The position numbers and the translations under genes are program-made. A DNA stretch of 50,125 bases from Candidatus Melainabacteria bacterium RIFOXYA2_FULL_32_9 (GTDB lineage Bacteria > Cyanobacteriota > Vampirovibrionia > Gastranaerophilales > UBA9579), in contig MFRQ01000153.1 in assembly GCA_001784615.1 (NCBI GenBank), positions 1-50,125 of the forward strand, read 5' to 3'. Shown piece after piece: positions 1 through 10,631 of the stretch (position 1 is its first letter; each line of letters begins with the position of its first letter). A model generated the notes under the pieces. It did no database searches. It worked only from the letters and a program-made list of their open reading frames with translations, and was not told where the DNA came from.

Positions 1-1948
1 CGCCAGCATTAGCAAGCATAATTGCCAAACACACACCTGCCGCAATAGCACCTGCCAACATACCACCTAATGCTTCAGCACCAAGTAGTAGACCAAATGC
101 TACTGGGGTAACAACAGCAAGTAAACCTGGAATAACCATTTCTTTTAACGCAGCAGTTGTACTAATATCAACGCAGGTAGCATAATCAGGCTTACCTGTA
201 CCGTCCATAATACCAGGTATTTCTCTGAATTGTCTTCTTACTTCATCTACCATTTTACCTGCAGCATTACCAACAGCACCGGTAGTTAAAGCGCAGAATA
301 CAAATGGTAACGCTGCACCAAATAATACACCAGCTATAACTTCTGTTTTTAACAAGTTAATTTCTTTAAGTCCAACTACTTCAGTAAACGCAGTTAATAA
401 CGCTAAAGCTGTTAATGCAGCTGAACCAATGGCAAACCCTTTACCAATTGCAGCGGTTGTATTGCCAACTGAATCAAGTTTATCAGTAGTTTGTCTAACT
501 TCTTTTGGTAAGCCTGCCATTTCAGCAATACCACCTGCATTATCAGATATAGGACCATAAGCATCAACTGCAACTACAATACCTGTTGTTGCAAGCATAC
601 CAACAGCTGATAATGCTATACCAAACATTCCACCTGTTTTATATGCAACAATCATTGCACCACAAATAAATAATATTGGTAAAAAAGTTGAAATCATACC
701 AACACCAAGACCTGCTATGATGTTTGTTGCTGCACCTGTTAATGAAGCATTAGCTATATCTTTAACTGGTTTATATTCAGAAGATGTATAGTATTCACTG
801 ATAAAGCCGATGGCAGAACCAGCAAGAACACCAACAACCAATGACCAGAAAACGTTAAAATTCTGAGGAAGGATTAATTTTACTGCAACGTAAGAAAGTG
901 CAATCATTAAAATAGCAGAACCAAATGTTCCTGCATTTAAAGCCATCATAGGATTTGATTTCTCATCTGTTCTTACAAAAGATGTACCAATAATTGAAGC
1001 CAATATACCTGCTGCTGCAATAACAACTGGTAACAATGCACCATTAACTTGGAAGTAAACCATACCTAATGTCATAGCAGCGATAATTGAGCCAACAAAA
1101 GATTCAAATAAGTCTGCACCCATACCGGCAACGTCACCAACGTTATCACCTACATTGTCAGCAATAACAGCAGGGTTTCTTGGGTCATCTTCAGGAATAC
1201 CTGCTTCTACTTTACCAACGAGGTCTGCACCGACGTCAGCAGCTTTTGTATAGATACCACCACCTGCACGAGCAAATAATGCTATTGAACTACCGCCTAA
1301 TGCAAATCCATTTACCATATTAGGATCTTTAAAAATTAAATAGAGTATTGATAAACCGAGTAAGCCTAAGCCTACAACTACCATACCCATAACAGCTCCA
1401 CCTGAAAAAGCAATACGTAAAGCTGAATTTTGAGAAGTTGCTGCTGCACACGCTGTTCTTGAGTTTGCCCTTGTAGAAACTGTCATACCAATAAATCCTG
1501 CCGTAGCAGAACAACTAGCACCAACAAGGAAACAAACTGCTGTTTGCCAATCAATAAAGTAAGCAAGAGCACCGAATACTGCAACTACAAAAATACTTAG
1601 AATTTTATACTCTCTGCTTAAAAAAGCCATTGCACCTTCCTGAATGTATTTTGAAATTTCAATCATTTTTGCATTTCCGGGTGATGCTTTTAAAATTTTG
1701 CCTACTAAAGCGCCTGCAAAAACTAATGCTGTAACTCCACCAGCAACTCCTAAATAAGCAAGATTTTCTGTTGCAAATACGTTAATTTTTAAATAGGTAA
1801 GAACACCTACAGCTACCAATAACAATAGACCAGGAATTAAATATTCCCAATAAGTGGTAGCAACTTTTGACTCAGCCACAAGAGTTTGAAGTTCCTGAGT
1901 TTGTGGATTTAACTCTGTAGCATTTTCTTGAACATGATCTTCATACAT
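1..1948 (-). CDS. hppA: K+-dependent membrane-bound pyrophosphatase (H+/Na+-translocating), 3' end cut by window edge
   Basis: Absent from the ORF track because it runs off the window. Reverse translation from ATG at 1948 gives [16 protein letters not shown]...[18 protein letters not shown]. The diagnostic [12 protein letters not shown] block (rc of 431-466) is in the same frame as the ATG. Confidence 0.9.
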   Translation of the reverse strand, partial: MYEDHVQENATELNPQTQELQTLVAESKVATTYWEYLIPGLLLLVAVGVLTYLKINVFATENLAYLGVAGGVTALVFAGALVGKILKASPGNAKMIEISKYIQEGAMAFLSREYKILSIFVVAVFGALAYFIDWQTAVCFLVGASCSATAGFIGMTVSTRANSRTACAAATSQNSALRIAFSGGAVMGMVVVGLGLLGLSILYLIFKDPNMVNGFALGGSSIALFARAGGGIYTKAADVGADLVGKVEAGIPEDDPRNPAVIADNVGDNVGDVAGMGADLFESFVGSIIAAMTLGMVYFQVNGALLPVVIAAAGILASIIGTSFVRTDEKSNPMMALNAGTFGSAILMIALSYVAVKLILPQNFNVFWSLVVGVLAGSAIGFISEYYTSSEYKPVKDIANASLTGAATNIIAGLGVGMISTFLPILFICGAMIVAYKTGGMFGIALSAVGMLATTGIVVAVDAYGPISDNAGGIAEMAGLPKEVRQTTDKLDSVGNTTAAIGKGFAIGSAALTALALLTAFTEVVGLKEINLLKTEVIAGVLFGAALPFVFCALTTGAVGNAAGKMVDEVRRQFREIPGIMDGTGKPDYATCVDISTTAALKEMVIPGLLAVVTPVAFGLLLGAEALGGMLAGAIAAGVCLAIMLANAG

Positions 1949-2531
1949 AGTTTTCACTTTTAAAATCCCTTATTCTACATACTTCCACACTAAGTTAATG
2001 TTACTCTGTAATTCTTGATAGTAAAGTCTTTTTTACTTTATTTTCTAAGTTTTTAAGATTACTTAATAAAGCTTTTAGCTTTTATGCATATTACAATTTA
2101 ATATTTAAATAAACAATTTTTTATTATTTTTACTTAAGACACTTTACAATAAGTATCTTAATATACTTTATTATATGTGTCTAATAAAATTTTAAAAAAA
2201 TAAAGCTTAAACACTAAGAATACATATGTAAATTATATCTTTTGGAATGAAGATACAGTAATGATAATAATCTTAAAAAATAACATTAGTCTTTTCTCCA
2301 ATAATCATTAAATTTTAGCCATTTCAAATTTTCACAAACATATATAAAGCTCAAACAAAACAAATATAAAAAGTATTTTAAATGCCTAAAATTAACTACA
2401 CAAATTTAAAATATGAAAAAATAAGCAAAATTTTTAATACTTTTATTTTTAAACCACTAATATAGGTATGATTTTTTTAAAATTTTTATTTACATTAAGT
2501 TAAGTATTAAAACTCCGTTTATCACTAAATC

Positions 2532-2559
2532 TTGTCTTATATATTTTTTGTTGTATGAT
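2532..2559 (+). promoter_or_regulatory. candidate sigma-70-type promoter for birA-oad cluster
   Basis: TTGTCT (2532-2537), 16 nt, TATGAT (2554-2559). About 80 nt upstream of the birA ATG inside a 690-nt AT-rich divergent intergenic region. Confidence 0.3.
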
Positions 2560-2641
2560 AGATTTGGAGTAATATTAACCTCGCACCAAAGCTAAACTAG
2601 CATTATAACAATGAAATTTATACTTAAAGAGATCGTGTAAA

Positions 2642-3385
2642 ATGGTATATGATTACAACATACTTTGTTTTGATGAAATAGATTCTACCAACACATATTC
2701 ACTGAAAAATCTTGCTAATTTGAGTGATAGGCAAGTCATTGTTGCAGCAAAACAAACCAGCGGCAGAGGAAGGTTAGCTCGTAAATGGATTTCCGATGTT
2801 GAGGGTAATGTTTATATGTCTATAGTTTTAAAACCCTCACCAACATTAGATAATAATTTACCTTTAGCCAATATTACTCAGTATATGTCAGTAGTGCTAT
2901 GCAGGATTCTTGAAAGCTACGGTGTAAATCCAGAAATAAAATGGCCTAATGATGTATTAGTTAATGGTAAAAAAATATCAGGAATCTTAAGTGAGATTTC
3001 TACTCAAGGAAATGCTCTAAAAGGTTTTGTACTTGGAATAGGTATAAATCTAAATTTGGCTCAAGAAGATGTAAATCAAATTGATCAGCCAGCAACTGCG
3101 TTGAATTTAGAAATTAATCAACCTGTCCATAAAGACATGTTTATTAAACAATTACTTGATGAATTCTTTATGGATTATGACCTCTTTCTTAATGGAGGGT
3201 TTATAAGTATAAAAGCAGAATACCAGCAAAGAAGCTTATTTCTTGGCCGTAAAGTTGTAATCAATAAACCTCAAAAAAAAGATAACGGCATTGCAACAAG
3301 AATTAACGATGATGGTTCTTTATTAATAGTCAAAAACAATCTGGAAGAAAGCACAATAACAATAGGAGATCTTGTATGCCTGTAA
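2642..3385 (+). CDS. birA: biotin--protein ligase (group I, no N-terminal HTH)
   Basis: 247 aa. GRGRLARKW matches the GRGRxGRxW biotinyl-AMP loop. Its end overlaps the oadG start by 10 nt. Confidence 0.85.
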   Translation: MVYDYNILCFDEIDSTNTYSLKNLANLSDRQVIVAAKQTSGRGRLARKWISDVEGNVYMSIVLKPSPTLDNNLPLANITQYMSVVLCRILESYGVNPEIKWPNDVLVNGKKISGILSEISTQGNALKGFVLGIGINLNLAQEDVNQIDQPATALNLEINQPVHKDMFIKQLLDEFFMDYDLFLNGGFISIKAEYQQRSLFLGRKVVINKPQKKDNGIATRINDDGSLLIVKNNLEESTITIGDLVCL

Positions 3386-3621
3386 ACGATAGCGATTTAA
3401 TAACGCAAGGCCTGATATTAATGGTAGTTGGAATGTCTGTAGTATTTGTATTCCTAGGTATAATGATCGGTGTCATGAATACGACAGCAAAAGTTTTAAA
3501 ATTAATTTCAAAGTATTTTCCTGAAGAAATCAAAATTAAGGATAAACTTGAAAAAGCAATTGAGCAGAATGATGAAGTAGCGGTAGTATTAGCAGCAGTA
3601 AATGCGTATATAAAAGGGTAA
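3376..3621 (+). CDS. oadG: oxaloacetate decarboxylase gamma subunit-like small membrane protein
   Basis: 81 aa with one N-terminal TM helix (LILMVVGMSVVFVFLGIMIGV) and a charged tail. Sits directly upstream of oadA, as in OadG-family genes. Confidence 0.6.
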   Translation: MPVNDSDLITQGLILMVVGMSVVFVFLGIMIGVMNTTAKVLKLISKYFPEEIKIKDKLEKAIEQNDEVAVVLAAVNAYIKG

Positions 3622-3624
3622 GTC

Positions 3625-5427
3625 ATGAGTAAAAAATTAATTAAAGTAATGGACACGTCTTTTAGAGACGGATTTCAATCAGTTTATGGTGCAAGAGTTC
3701 TTACTAAAGACTTTTTACCAGCAGTAGAGGCTGCAAAAGAAGCTGGCATTAGACATTTCGAATCAGGTGGTGGTGCACGCTTCCAGTCTTTATATTTTTA
3801 CTGTAATGAAGATGCATTCGCTATGATGGATGCATTTAGAAAAACTGTAGGACCAGACGTTGAACTACAAACCCTTGCCAGAGGAATTAATGTGGTTGGC
3901 CTTGAATCTCAAAGCAGCGACATTATCAAACTTCATGCAGAGTTATTTAAAAAACACGGAACCACAACCATCAGAAATTTTGATGCACTAAATGATGTTC
4001 AAAATTTAGTATATAGTGGCAAATGTATAGTTGATGCTGGCTTAAAGCACGAAGTTACAGTTACTATGATGGAATTACCTCCTGGATGTGTAGGCGCACA
4101 TACACCTGAATTTTATGTACAAGTGCTAAGAAATATACTAGATGCTGAGATTCCTTTTAGTTCTGTATGTTTTAAAGATGCATCAGGTACATCAACTCCT
4201 TCCAAAGTTTATGAAACCATTAAACAAGCAAAAGCTATGATTCCTGAAGGAATCGAGATAAGTTTCCATACTCATGAAACAGCAGGTACTGGTGTTCTTG
4301 CGTATAAAGCTGCTCTCGATGCAGGTGCAGATATTATAAACTTAGCAATGGCTCCTGTTTCAGGTGGCACATCACAACCTGATATTATAACTATGTGGCA
4401 TGCCCTCAGAGATACAGAATATGACCTTGGAATAGACATTAATAAGATTTTAGAGGCTGAAGAAGTATTTAAAGAATGTATGAAAGACTATTTCATGCCA
4501 CCAGAGGCTTTAGCAGTTGATCCTCTTATTATCTATTCTCCAATGCCAGGCGGAGCACTAACAGCAAATACTCAAATGATGAGAGATAATAACATTTTAG
4601 ATAAATATCCAGAAGTAATCAAAGCTATGAGTGAGGTAGTTAAACTTGGTGGATTCGGAACTTCAGTAACACCTGTTTCTCAATTCTACTTCCAACAAGC
4701 ATTTAATAACGTAATGTTTAATCCATGGAGTAAAATTGCTGACGGATACGGAAAAATGGTTCTTGGTTATTTTGGAAAAACTCCAATTCCACCAGATCAA
4801 GAAGTTGTAAAAATAGCTTCAGAGCAACTTGGTCTTGAACCAACAACAAGAAATCCCCTTGAAATTAATGATGAAGATCCAAAAAAAGGGATTGAGGCAG
4901 CTAAAAAAATGTTACAAGCTGCAAATTTGCCTGAAACTGATGAAAATATATTTATTACAGCAACCTGTAAAGAAAAAGGCATCGCATTCTTGAAAGGCGA
5001 AGCTACAGTAGGAGTAAGAAAGAATATTAAGCCTAAAGAATCAAAAATAAAAGCTGAAGGCTATACAGTAACAGTTAATAATAAGAACTATGCAGTAGTA
5101 ATTGATGGATATCAAGCGAGAATTAATGGCAAAACTTATACAATTGATGTTAAAGAAGGTATTCAGGAACCTGAAATGGCATTAAAAGTTAAGAATCAAG
5201 CAGCTTCTACTGATGCTATTGCTATTAAATCACCTCTTCCAGGAACTATTTTAAGAATAAAAGTAAATGTCGGTGATAGTGTTCAAGAAGGAAAAACTCT
5301 GCTTGTTCTTGAAGCAATGAAGATGGAAACCAAGATTAAAGCCACAAAATCCGGTACAGTATCATCCATTACGGTTTCACCTGGAGATCAGGTAGAAACT
5401 GGACAAATATTAGTATGGATCAATTAG
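3625..5427 (+). CDS. oadA: oxaloacetate decarboxylase alpha subunit (carboxyltransferase + biotinyl carrier domain)
   Basis: 600 aa. HMGL-like carboxyltransferase blocks FRDGFQS, FKDASG and HTHETAG. C-terminal biotinyl domain with EAMKME. Confidence 0.85.
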   Translation: MSKKLIKVMDTSFRDGFQSVYGARVLTKDFLPAVEAAKEAGIRHFESGGGARFQSLYFYCNEDAFAMMDAFRKTVGPDVELQTLARGINVVGLESQSSDIIKLHAELFKKHGTTTIRNFDALNDVQNLVYSGKCIVDAGLKHEVTVTMMELPPGCVGAHTPEFYVQVLRNILDAEIPFSSVCFKDASGTSTPSKVYETIKQAKAMIPEGIEISFHTHETAGTGVLAYKAALDAGADIINLAMAPVSGGTSQPDIITMWHALRDTEYDLGIDINKILEAEEVFKECMKDYFMPPEALAVDPLIIYSPMPGGALTANTQMMRDNNILDKYPEVIKAMSEVVKLGGFGTSVTPVSQFYFQQAFNNVMFNPWSKIADGYGKMVLGYFGKTPIPPDQEVVKIASEQLGLEPTTRNPLEINDEDPKKGIEAAKKMLQAANLPETDENIFITATCKEKGIAFLKGEATVGVRKNIKPKESKIKAEGYTVTVNNKNYAVVIDGYQARINGKTYTIDVKEGIQEPEMALKVKNQAASTDAIAIKSPLPGTILRIKVNVGDSVQEGKTLLVLEAMKMETKIKATKSGTVSSITVSPGDQVETGQILVWIN

Positions 5428-5442
5428 TCAAAGGAGCAAGAA

Positions 5443-6582
5443 ATGCAATTATCACAATCAATTCAAGACTTATATAAATCAACCGGATTTTCAGCAATGG
5501 AACCAGGTCAATTCATAATGATAATAGTAAGTTTTTTACTGTTATGGCTTGCAATTAAAAAAGATTTTGAACCTTTATTGCTTATACCAATTGGATTTGG
5601 AGGACTTCTTTCAAATATTCCAATTGCTGATATGGCTGGTCCACATGGTTTTCTTGGCATAATATATGAATTCGGTATTAAATCAGGTTTATTCCCTTTA
5701 TTCATATTTATCGGTGTAGGTGCTATGACTGATTTTGGTCCGTTAATAGCCCATCCTAAGACTGCTTTATTAGGAGCAGCAGCTCAATTTGGCATATTTG
5801 CCACACTTATAGGTGCTTTATTCTTAGCTAAATACTTTGGATTTCAATTTGGCTTACCAGAAGCAGCGTCAATAGGTATTATCGGTGGAGCTGATGGTCC
5901 AACAGCAATATTTTTAACTTCAAAGCTTGCTCCTCACTTATTAGGGGCTATTGCAGTAGCGGCCTATTCATATATGGCGCTGGTACCAATTATTCAACCT
6001 CCAATTATGAGATTTCTTACCACTAAAGAAGAGCGCGCAATTGAGATGAAGCAGCTAAGGCCTGTATCACAACGTGAAAAAATTGTATTCCCATTAGTTG
6101 TACTAACATTGACCATCTTATTCATACCTGATGCAACACCTCTAATTGGCGCTCTTATGTTCGGTAACTTACTAAGAGAATCAAGAGTAGTAGAAAGATT
6201 ATCAAAAACAGCACAGAATGAGTTTATTAATATAGTAACAATTCTTTTAGGATTAACTGTTGGATCAAAGTTGTCAGCAGATCAATTCTTAAGGGCAGAA
6301 ACATTAGGAATTCTTTTATTAGGATTAATAGCATTTAGTCTTGGCACAGCAGCTGGCGTATTACTTGGAAAAGTAATGAACTGGTTCTCAAAAGATAAAA
6401 TTAATCCATTAATTGGGGCTGCTGGTGTATCTGCTGTTCCTATGGCAGCAAGAGTAGCAAACAAAGTGGGGCTTGAAACAAATCCTCATAACTTTTTATT
6501 GATGCACGCAATGGGGCCGAATGTTTCAGGAGTTATCGGTTCCGCCGTTGCAGCAGGTGTATTATTAGCTATAATTGGTTAA
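5443..6582 (+). CDS. oadB: Na+-translocating decarboxylase beta subunit
   Basis: 379-aa polytopic membrane protein. [12 protein letters not shown] and [14 protein letters not shown] blocks are typical of the beta subunit family. Confidence 0.88.
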   Translation: MQLSQSIQDLYKSTGFSAMEPGQFIMIIVSFLLLWLAIKKDFEPLLLIPIGFGGLLSNIPIADMAGPHGFLGIIYEFGIKSGLFPLFIFIGVGAMTDFGPLIAHPKTALLGAAAQFGIFATLIGALFLAKYFGFQFGLPEAASIGIIGGADGPTAIFLTSKLAPHLLGAIAVAAYSYMALVPIIQPPIMRFLTTKEERAIEMKQLRPVSQREKIVFPLVVLTLTILFIPDATPLIGALMFGNLLRESRVVERLSKTAQNEFINIVTILLGLTVGSKLSADQFLRAETLGILLLGLIAFSLGTAAGVLLGKVMNWFSKDKINPLIGAAGVSAVPMAARVANKVGLETNPHNFLLMHAMGPNVSGVIGSAVAAGVLLAIIG

Positions 6583-6625
6583 TACTTAAGTTTAGTATAT
6601 AGTTTACTTAACAAAGGAGAAGGTC

Positions 6626-8290
6626 ATGGGTTCAAAAGAGCATTTTACGAATTCTGAAGAATTCAAAAAACTTACTTCTGCCCCGAGAACGACAATTCAA
6701 GCAGCATTTTTTGGAAACAATGTAGAAAATGTCTACACTGTATCAGAAGCTTACAAACTCGCAAAAGATAGCTCTGGGACAATCGAATTAACTGGCATGC
6801 CGGTTTACGAACCTGAAAAGCAAGGGTTACCAAAAGAAGCCAATATGCTTTTATTCAATGATGGAACTGTTGTTGGCAGATGTGCAGCTGCCCGTAAGAT
6901 TGTTGGAGAACCAGGCTGCGATATGTCTGAGTTATTACCAATAATCAGAGAAGCTGTTTATGGCACAAGATACAAATTAATGTATCATTCTCAAGCTGTT
7001 GTTGGTTTAGAAGGAGACTTTATGATTAAAGCTCACCTGTTAATTCCAGAAGGCTTTGAGAACGTAATTTACAGCTGGCTATTAAACTTCCAGTATATCA
7101 ACGAAATGTACAGCGAAATGTACAAAAATTCAAGAGAAATACCTGAAGGTGACATCTACATCTTCTCAGATCCTGACTGGACACATCCAGACTATCCATA
7201 CGGCTTAACATTCTTTGATCCAAAACATAATTGTGCTGCAATACTTGGAATGAGATACTTTGGAGAACACAAAAAAGGAACTCTAACTCTTGTCTGGGGA
7301 GCTGCAGCAAGAAATGGATACGCTTCTTGTCACGGTGGATTAAAGAGATACAATCTTGCAAATGATAAAAAATACTCTGTTGCGGTATTCGGGTTATCAG
7401 GATCAGGTAAATCAACAATTACACACGCTAAACATGATGATAAATATGATGTAACAGTACTTCATGATGATGCATTCATTATTAACGTTAAAGATAAATA
7501 CTCAATTGCTCTTGAACCTGCATATTTCGATAAAACCCAGGATTACCCAATGGGTTGTGATGATAATAAATTTATTCTTACCCTTCAAAACAATGGCGCC
7601 ATTATGTATGAAGACGGCAAGGTTTATGCGGTGACAGAAGATGTCAGAAACGGCAATGGCCGTGCTGTAAAATCAAAGCTCTGGTCACCAAACAGAGTAG
7701 ATAGAGTAAATGAACCTATTAATGCTATTTTCTGGTTAATGCAAGATCCTACAATCCCACCTGTATTAAAGCTTAAAGGTGCTTCATTAGGATCAGCAAT
7801 GGGTGCAACATTAGCTACAAAGAGAACTTCAGCTGAAAGATTAGCTGAGGGTGTTGATCCTAATGCTCTTGTTGTTGAACCATATGCTAACCCATTCAGA
7901 ACATATCCTCTTGAAATGGACTACAGCAGATTTAAAACATTAATCGAAGATGGTGTAGATTGCTATATCCTCAATACTGGTAGCTTTATGGGCAAAAAAG
8001 TTCAGCCCAAACATACTTTAGGTGTTATAGAAGCTATTGTTGAAGGTACAGCAAAATTTGAAAGATGGGAAAGCTTCTCTGATATAGAAATTCTTAAATT
8101 AGAAGACTTTAATGCGGATTTCAGCAATGAAGAATACAAAAATCAATTCATTGCAAGAATGCATGACAGAATCAAATTTATAGCATCAAGAGAAACTGAA
8201 AAAAACGGCCTTGATAAATTATCTCCAGATGCTTTAGAATCGCTGAAAAAAGTGGTAGAAGAAGCTGGTAAATTAAGCGCTAAAGTATAA
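6626..8290 (+). CDS. pckA: phosphoenolpyruvate carboxykinase (ATP)
   Basis: 554 aa. GLSGSGKST kinase-1a P-loop. Length and overall blocks fit ATP-dependent PEPCK. Confidence 0.9.
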   Translation: MGSKEHFTNSEEFKKLTSAPRTTIQAAFFGNNVENVYTVSEAYKLAKDSSGTIELTGMPVYEPEKQGLPKEANMLLFNDGTVVGRCAAARKIVGEPGCDMSELLPIIREAVYGTRYKLMYHSQAVVGLEGDFMIKAHLLIPEGFENVIYSWLLNFQYINEMYSEMYKNSREIPEGDIYIFSDPDWTHPDYPYGLTFFDPKHNCAAILGMRYFGEHKKGTLTLVWGAAARNGYASCHGGLKRYNLANDKKYSVAVFGLSGSGKSTITHAKHDDKYDVTVLHDDAFIINVKDKYSIALEPAYFDKTQDYPMGCDDNKFILTLQNNGAIMYEDGKVYAVTEDVRNGNGRAVKSKLWSPNRVDRVNEPINAIFWLMQDPTIPPVLKLKGASLGSAMGATLATKRTSAERLAEGVDPNALVVEPYANPFRTYPLEMDYSRFKTLIEDGVDCYILNTGSFMGKKVQPKHTLGVIEAIVEGTAKFERWESFSDIEILKLEDFNADFSNEEYKNQFIARMHDRIKFIASRETEKNGLDKLSPDALESLKKVVEEAGKLSAKV

Positions 8291-8309
8291 ACCATAAGTC
8301 CATAATAAT

Positions 8310-8335
8310 AAAGCCTTCTATAACTAGAAGGCTTT
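8310..8335. terminator. hairpin between convergent pckA and PrimPol genes
   Basis: 10-bp stem AAAGCCTTCT (8310-8319) / AGAAGGCTTT (8326-8335) with a 6-nt loop. Confidence 0.55.
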
Positions 8336-8341
8336 ATTGCT

Positions 8342-8902
8342 TTAAGAATTTATTATTAAATTTGATAACCAGTCAGGCAATGGGGCTAAAGGCACATCAT
8401 TGGGACTAGCTCCATCTTTCCATTTATAAATATTTCCACTAGCATGAAGGCTTCGTGGTGCTATAATCCAGTCATAATCACTCTTAAAGTCAAGTCCTGG
8501 CCTAAAAGCATTTCTGGTCATAATTCCTGATTTAGGATATTTAAAGTAATAATGCATTCCATTTCCACCGCTTATTGCAGTTACTGTTTTGGGGAATTCT
8601 CCATATTGCGCTGTAAGTACGCTCAATAACTCATCCCCATCATCTCTTGGATCGACATCTAAAACAACGATTCCTGATGCCATGCCTGTTGCTATTCCTA
8701 TATTAGAGCCCATCCACAGTTCAGACATTTCTTTTATAATTTTAATATTATCTGTTGCATCGCTAATCCCATTCTGAGTTTTGGGATGTTTACCAACACT
8801 TTTACAGTCTTGTTTTCCACAGGTACATTTGCTATTCATTACTGAATAAACAGGGAAAACTGAGTAGCCGTACGCTATATACTGATATATCTGATCTAAC
8901 AC
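8342..8902 (-). CDS. stand-alone PrimPol (archaeo-eukaryotic primase superfamily) domain protein
   Basis: 186 aa. AEP motif I VVLDVDPRDDG (DxD), motif II GGNGMHYYF (sxH), motif III region GLDFKSDYDWIIAP. Cys-rich insert KCTCGKQDCKSVGKHP. No PriCT or helicase domain follows. Confidence 0.75.
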   Translation of the reverse strand: MLDQIYQYIAYGYSVFPVYSVMNSKCTCGKQDCKSVGKHPKTQNGISDATDNIKIIKEMSELWMGSNIGIATGMASGIVVLDVDPRDDGDELLSVLTAQYGEFPKTVTAISGGNGMHYYFKYPKSGIMTRNAFRPGLDFKSDYDWIIAPRSLHASGNIYKWKDGASPNDVPLAPLPDWLSNLIINS

Positions 8903-9190
8903 TTATTTACTCCACTTACAATAGATTTTCTAAACATTTTGGCTGAGATTCTATTAAATCTAAATTTTCTTACTTTCTCATAATAAATTAATCCGATTAT
9001 TAACCAATCTTTTAGGATGTAATTAATATTTCAGCGCTATCATTGTGATAAGGAAGAAATATGAGAATCTCGTTATTGAAGAAATTATTAAATTATTGTG
9101 TAAGTTTTTAGCAATAATTATACAAATATTGTTTTTATATAAATAGAGGAAGAAATTCCTTTTAGATAAAAATGCGATTTGGGAAGGGAA

Positions 9191-10153
9191 ATGGTCAGGA
9201 ATATTAATTACCCTCAATATTTCTACCAATCAGGCAGGACAAATCAAGATTTGCCTGCTTATAATGAGTTTCGCTTAAAATATGATAAGCATAATGCCAC
9301 GCTAGATCCTAAATTAGCCAGAGATATTGAGGATATTAAAGATATTCTTGATATTTTTGCTCTACAAAAAAAAGCTGATAGTGAAAATAAGTCAAAGGCA
9401 TTATTGAGCCCTGTACCATTTGTTAGAAAACTTGACGGTGCACAGGAATCTTTTAAAGAAGGTGACATTCTAAAAAGCTTAGGTAAATTTGGACTTTTGG
9501 CAGCTTGCTTACCTGAAGATACAAGAGATGTAAATAATGCTGTTAACCAGATTCTTGGAAAAGGAGATAAAAGCATTCCTTATAGTTATCAACCTAAGTT
9601 TTCTTTCTTCAGGGGGACTTTATTTGAATCTGGACTGAAAAAACTCAATGATTCACAAAATAGTACTTTGCAATCTATAGGTAAAAAAATATATAAAGCT
9701 GATAAAACTCTTTATGACACCCAATTAGGTCTAAAATTCCTAAAAAAATTGGGCTGGCAAGACGACTTGGCCAAAAACACCTCACGTATTGATTTTATGG
9801 ATAGAGTAATACAAGGATCAAAAATTAAAGGAAGTTTAATTTCAAAAATACTCGGCAAATCTATGCTCAGAATTCCAACTCTAAGCATAATAACCCTTTC
9901 AATATTGGAAATACCTTCCATAATAAAAGCTTTTACCCAAAAAGACAATTCAAAAGATAACCTGATAAATGGCACAAAACAAACAGTAAAATCGGGAATT
10001 AATGTTTCATCATTATTATCCGGTGGAGCTGTCTTAGGTGCTATAGGTCAAAGCCTGCTAGGTCCTGTTGGCTCTTTAATAGGTTTAGGATTAGGATCCT
10101 ATTACGGCTCTCAGACTGGAAAGTTTATAAACGATAAAATAGACAGAATCTAA
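9191..10153 (+). CDS. hypothetical membrane protein with C-terminal glycine zipper
   Basis: The track start at 9179 is TTG. ATG 9191 preceded by GGGAAGGGAA is more likely. 320 aa, no family recognised. C-terminus has IPTLSIITLSILEIPSII and GGAVLGAIGQSLLGPVGSLIGLGLGSYYG. Confidence 0.6.
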   Translation: MVRNINYPQYFYQSGRTNQDLPAYNEFRLKYDKHNATLDPKLARDIEDIKDILDIFALQKKADSENKSKALLSPVPFVRKLDGAQESFKEGDILKSLGKFGLLAACLPEDTRDVNNAVNQILGKGDKSIPYSYQPKFSFFRGTLFESGLKKLNDSQNSTLQSIGKKIYKADKTLYDTQLGLKFLKKLGWQDDLAKNTSRIDFMDRVIQGSKIKGSLISKILGKSMLRIPTLSIITLSILEIPSIIKAFTQKDNSKDNLINGTKQTVKSGINVSSLLSGGAVLGAIGQSLLGPVGSLIGLGLGSYYGSQTGKFINDKIDRI

Positions 10154-10626
10154 TCCTTATATCCTAATTTCTCGAGAATTTCCTGATTAATTTTTAGTTC
10201 TTCAAGTGTTTTTACAACTGTTTCTTTTGGAATATTCCATTTATCCTTTAAAATTTCACCATAATCAGGAATTAGGTCTTTTCCAGAGGGCATAACCTGA
10301 GTAGCTATTAAAATAGCTTTTATATTTTCAGGAGTTCCTTTAATATTTTCATCCATCACATATGCACGTAATGCAGCAATATCACCCCATAAGCTTCTGT
10401 CTATTTCTTTAAGAAATTGCTTATCAGCACCACTTTTAAGGAGTTCTTTCATCTCTTTACTATCACCAAATAAATCACCAAAAAATCCTTTAAAATTAAC
10501 TGTATTTTGACTTAAACTAACCGTGTCCTGATCTAACTGCTGCAACTTAGGCATATCATGGTGAAAACTTTTCTGAGATTTATTAACATAATTATTGCCC
10601 ATAAAACTGTTCATATTAATTTTCAT
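10150..10626 (-). CDS. hypothetical protein, tandem paralog 1
   Basis: 158 aa. Roughly three-quarters identical to the next ORF by eye. AAGGA SD upstream. Its stop overlaps the stop of the convergent 9191 gene by 4 nt. Confidence 0.6.
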   Translation of the reverse strand: MKINMNSFMGNNYVNKSQKSFHHDMPKLQQLDQDTVSLSQNTVNFKGFFGDLFGDSKEMKELLKSGADKQFLKEIDRSLWGDIAALRAYVMDENIKGTPENIKAILIATQVMPSGKDLIPDYGEILKDKWNIPKETVVKTLEELKINQEILEKLGYKD

Positions 10627-10631
10627 TTTAT

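Noticed and set aside
3330-3656. 108-aa minus-strand ORF. Similar antisense ORFs are at 1329-1514, 4797-4982, 5508-5705, 6282-6464, 7098-7418, 8589-8777, 9259-9576, 9712-9975, 10801-10989, 12898-13089, 13432-13707, 15444-15632, 16552-16794, 18251-18565, 21040-21264, 21541-21780, 22172-22492, 22673-22867, 23971-24165, 25123-25449, 25501-25692, 26651-26866, 28352-28669, 29417-29617, 29940-30170, 30381-30707, 31281-31472, 39162-39398, 40962-41195, 43171-43542, 43340-43534, 45141-45380, 47398-47775 and 49693-49875.
   Set aside because: All lie embedded antisense or out of frame within genes that carry clear family motifs. They have low-complexity or hydrophobic junk composition and no independent signals.
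9023-9229. Small intergenic ORFs 9023-9229 (-), 11047-11268 (+), 42338-42538 (+) and 42467-42670 (-).
   Set aside because: They are AT-rich intergenic read-throughs overlapping promoters, terminators or neighbouring gene starts. They have no SD and implausible composition.
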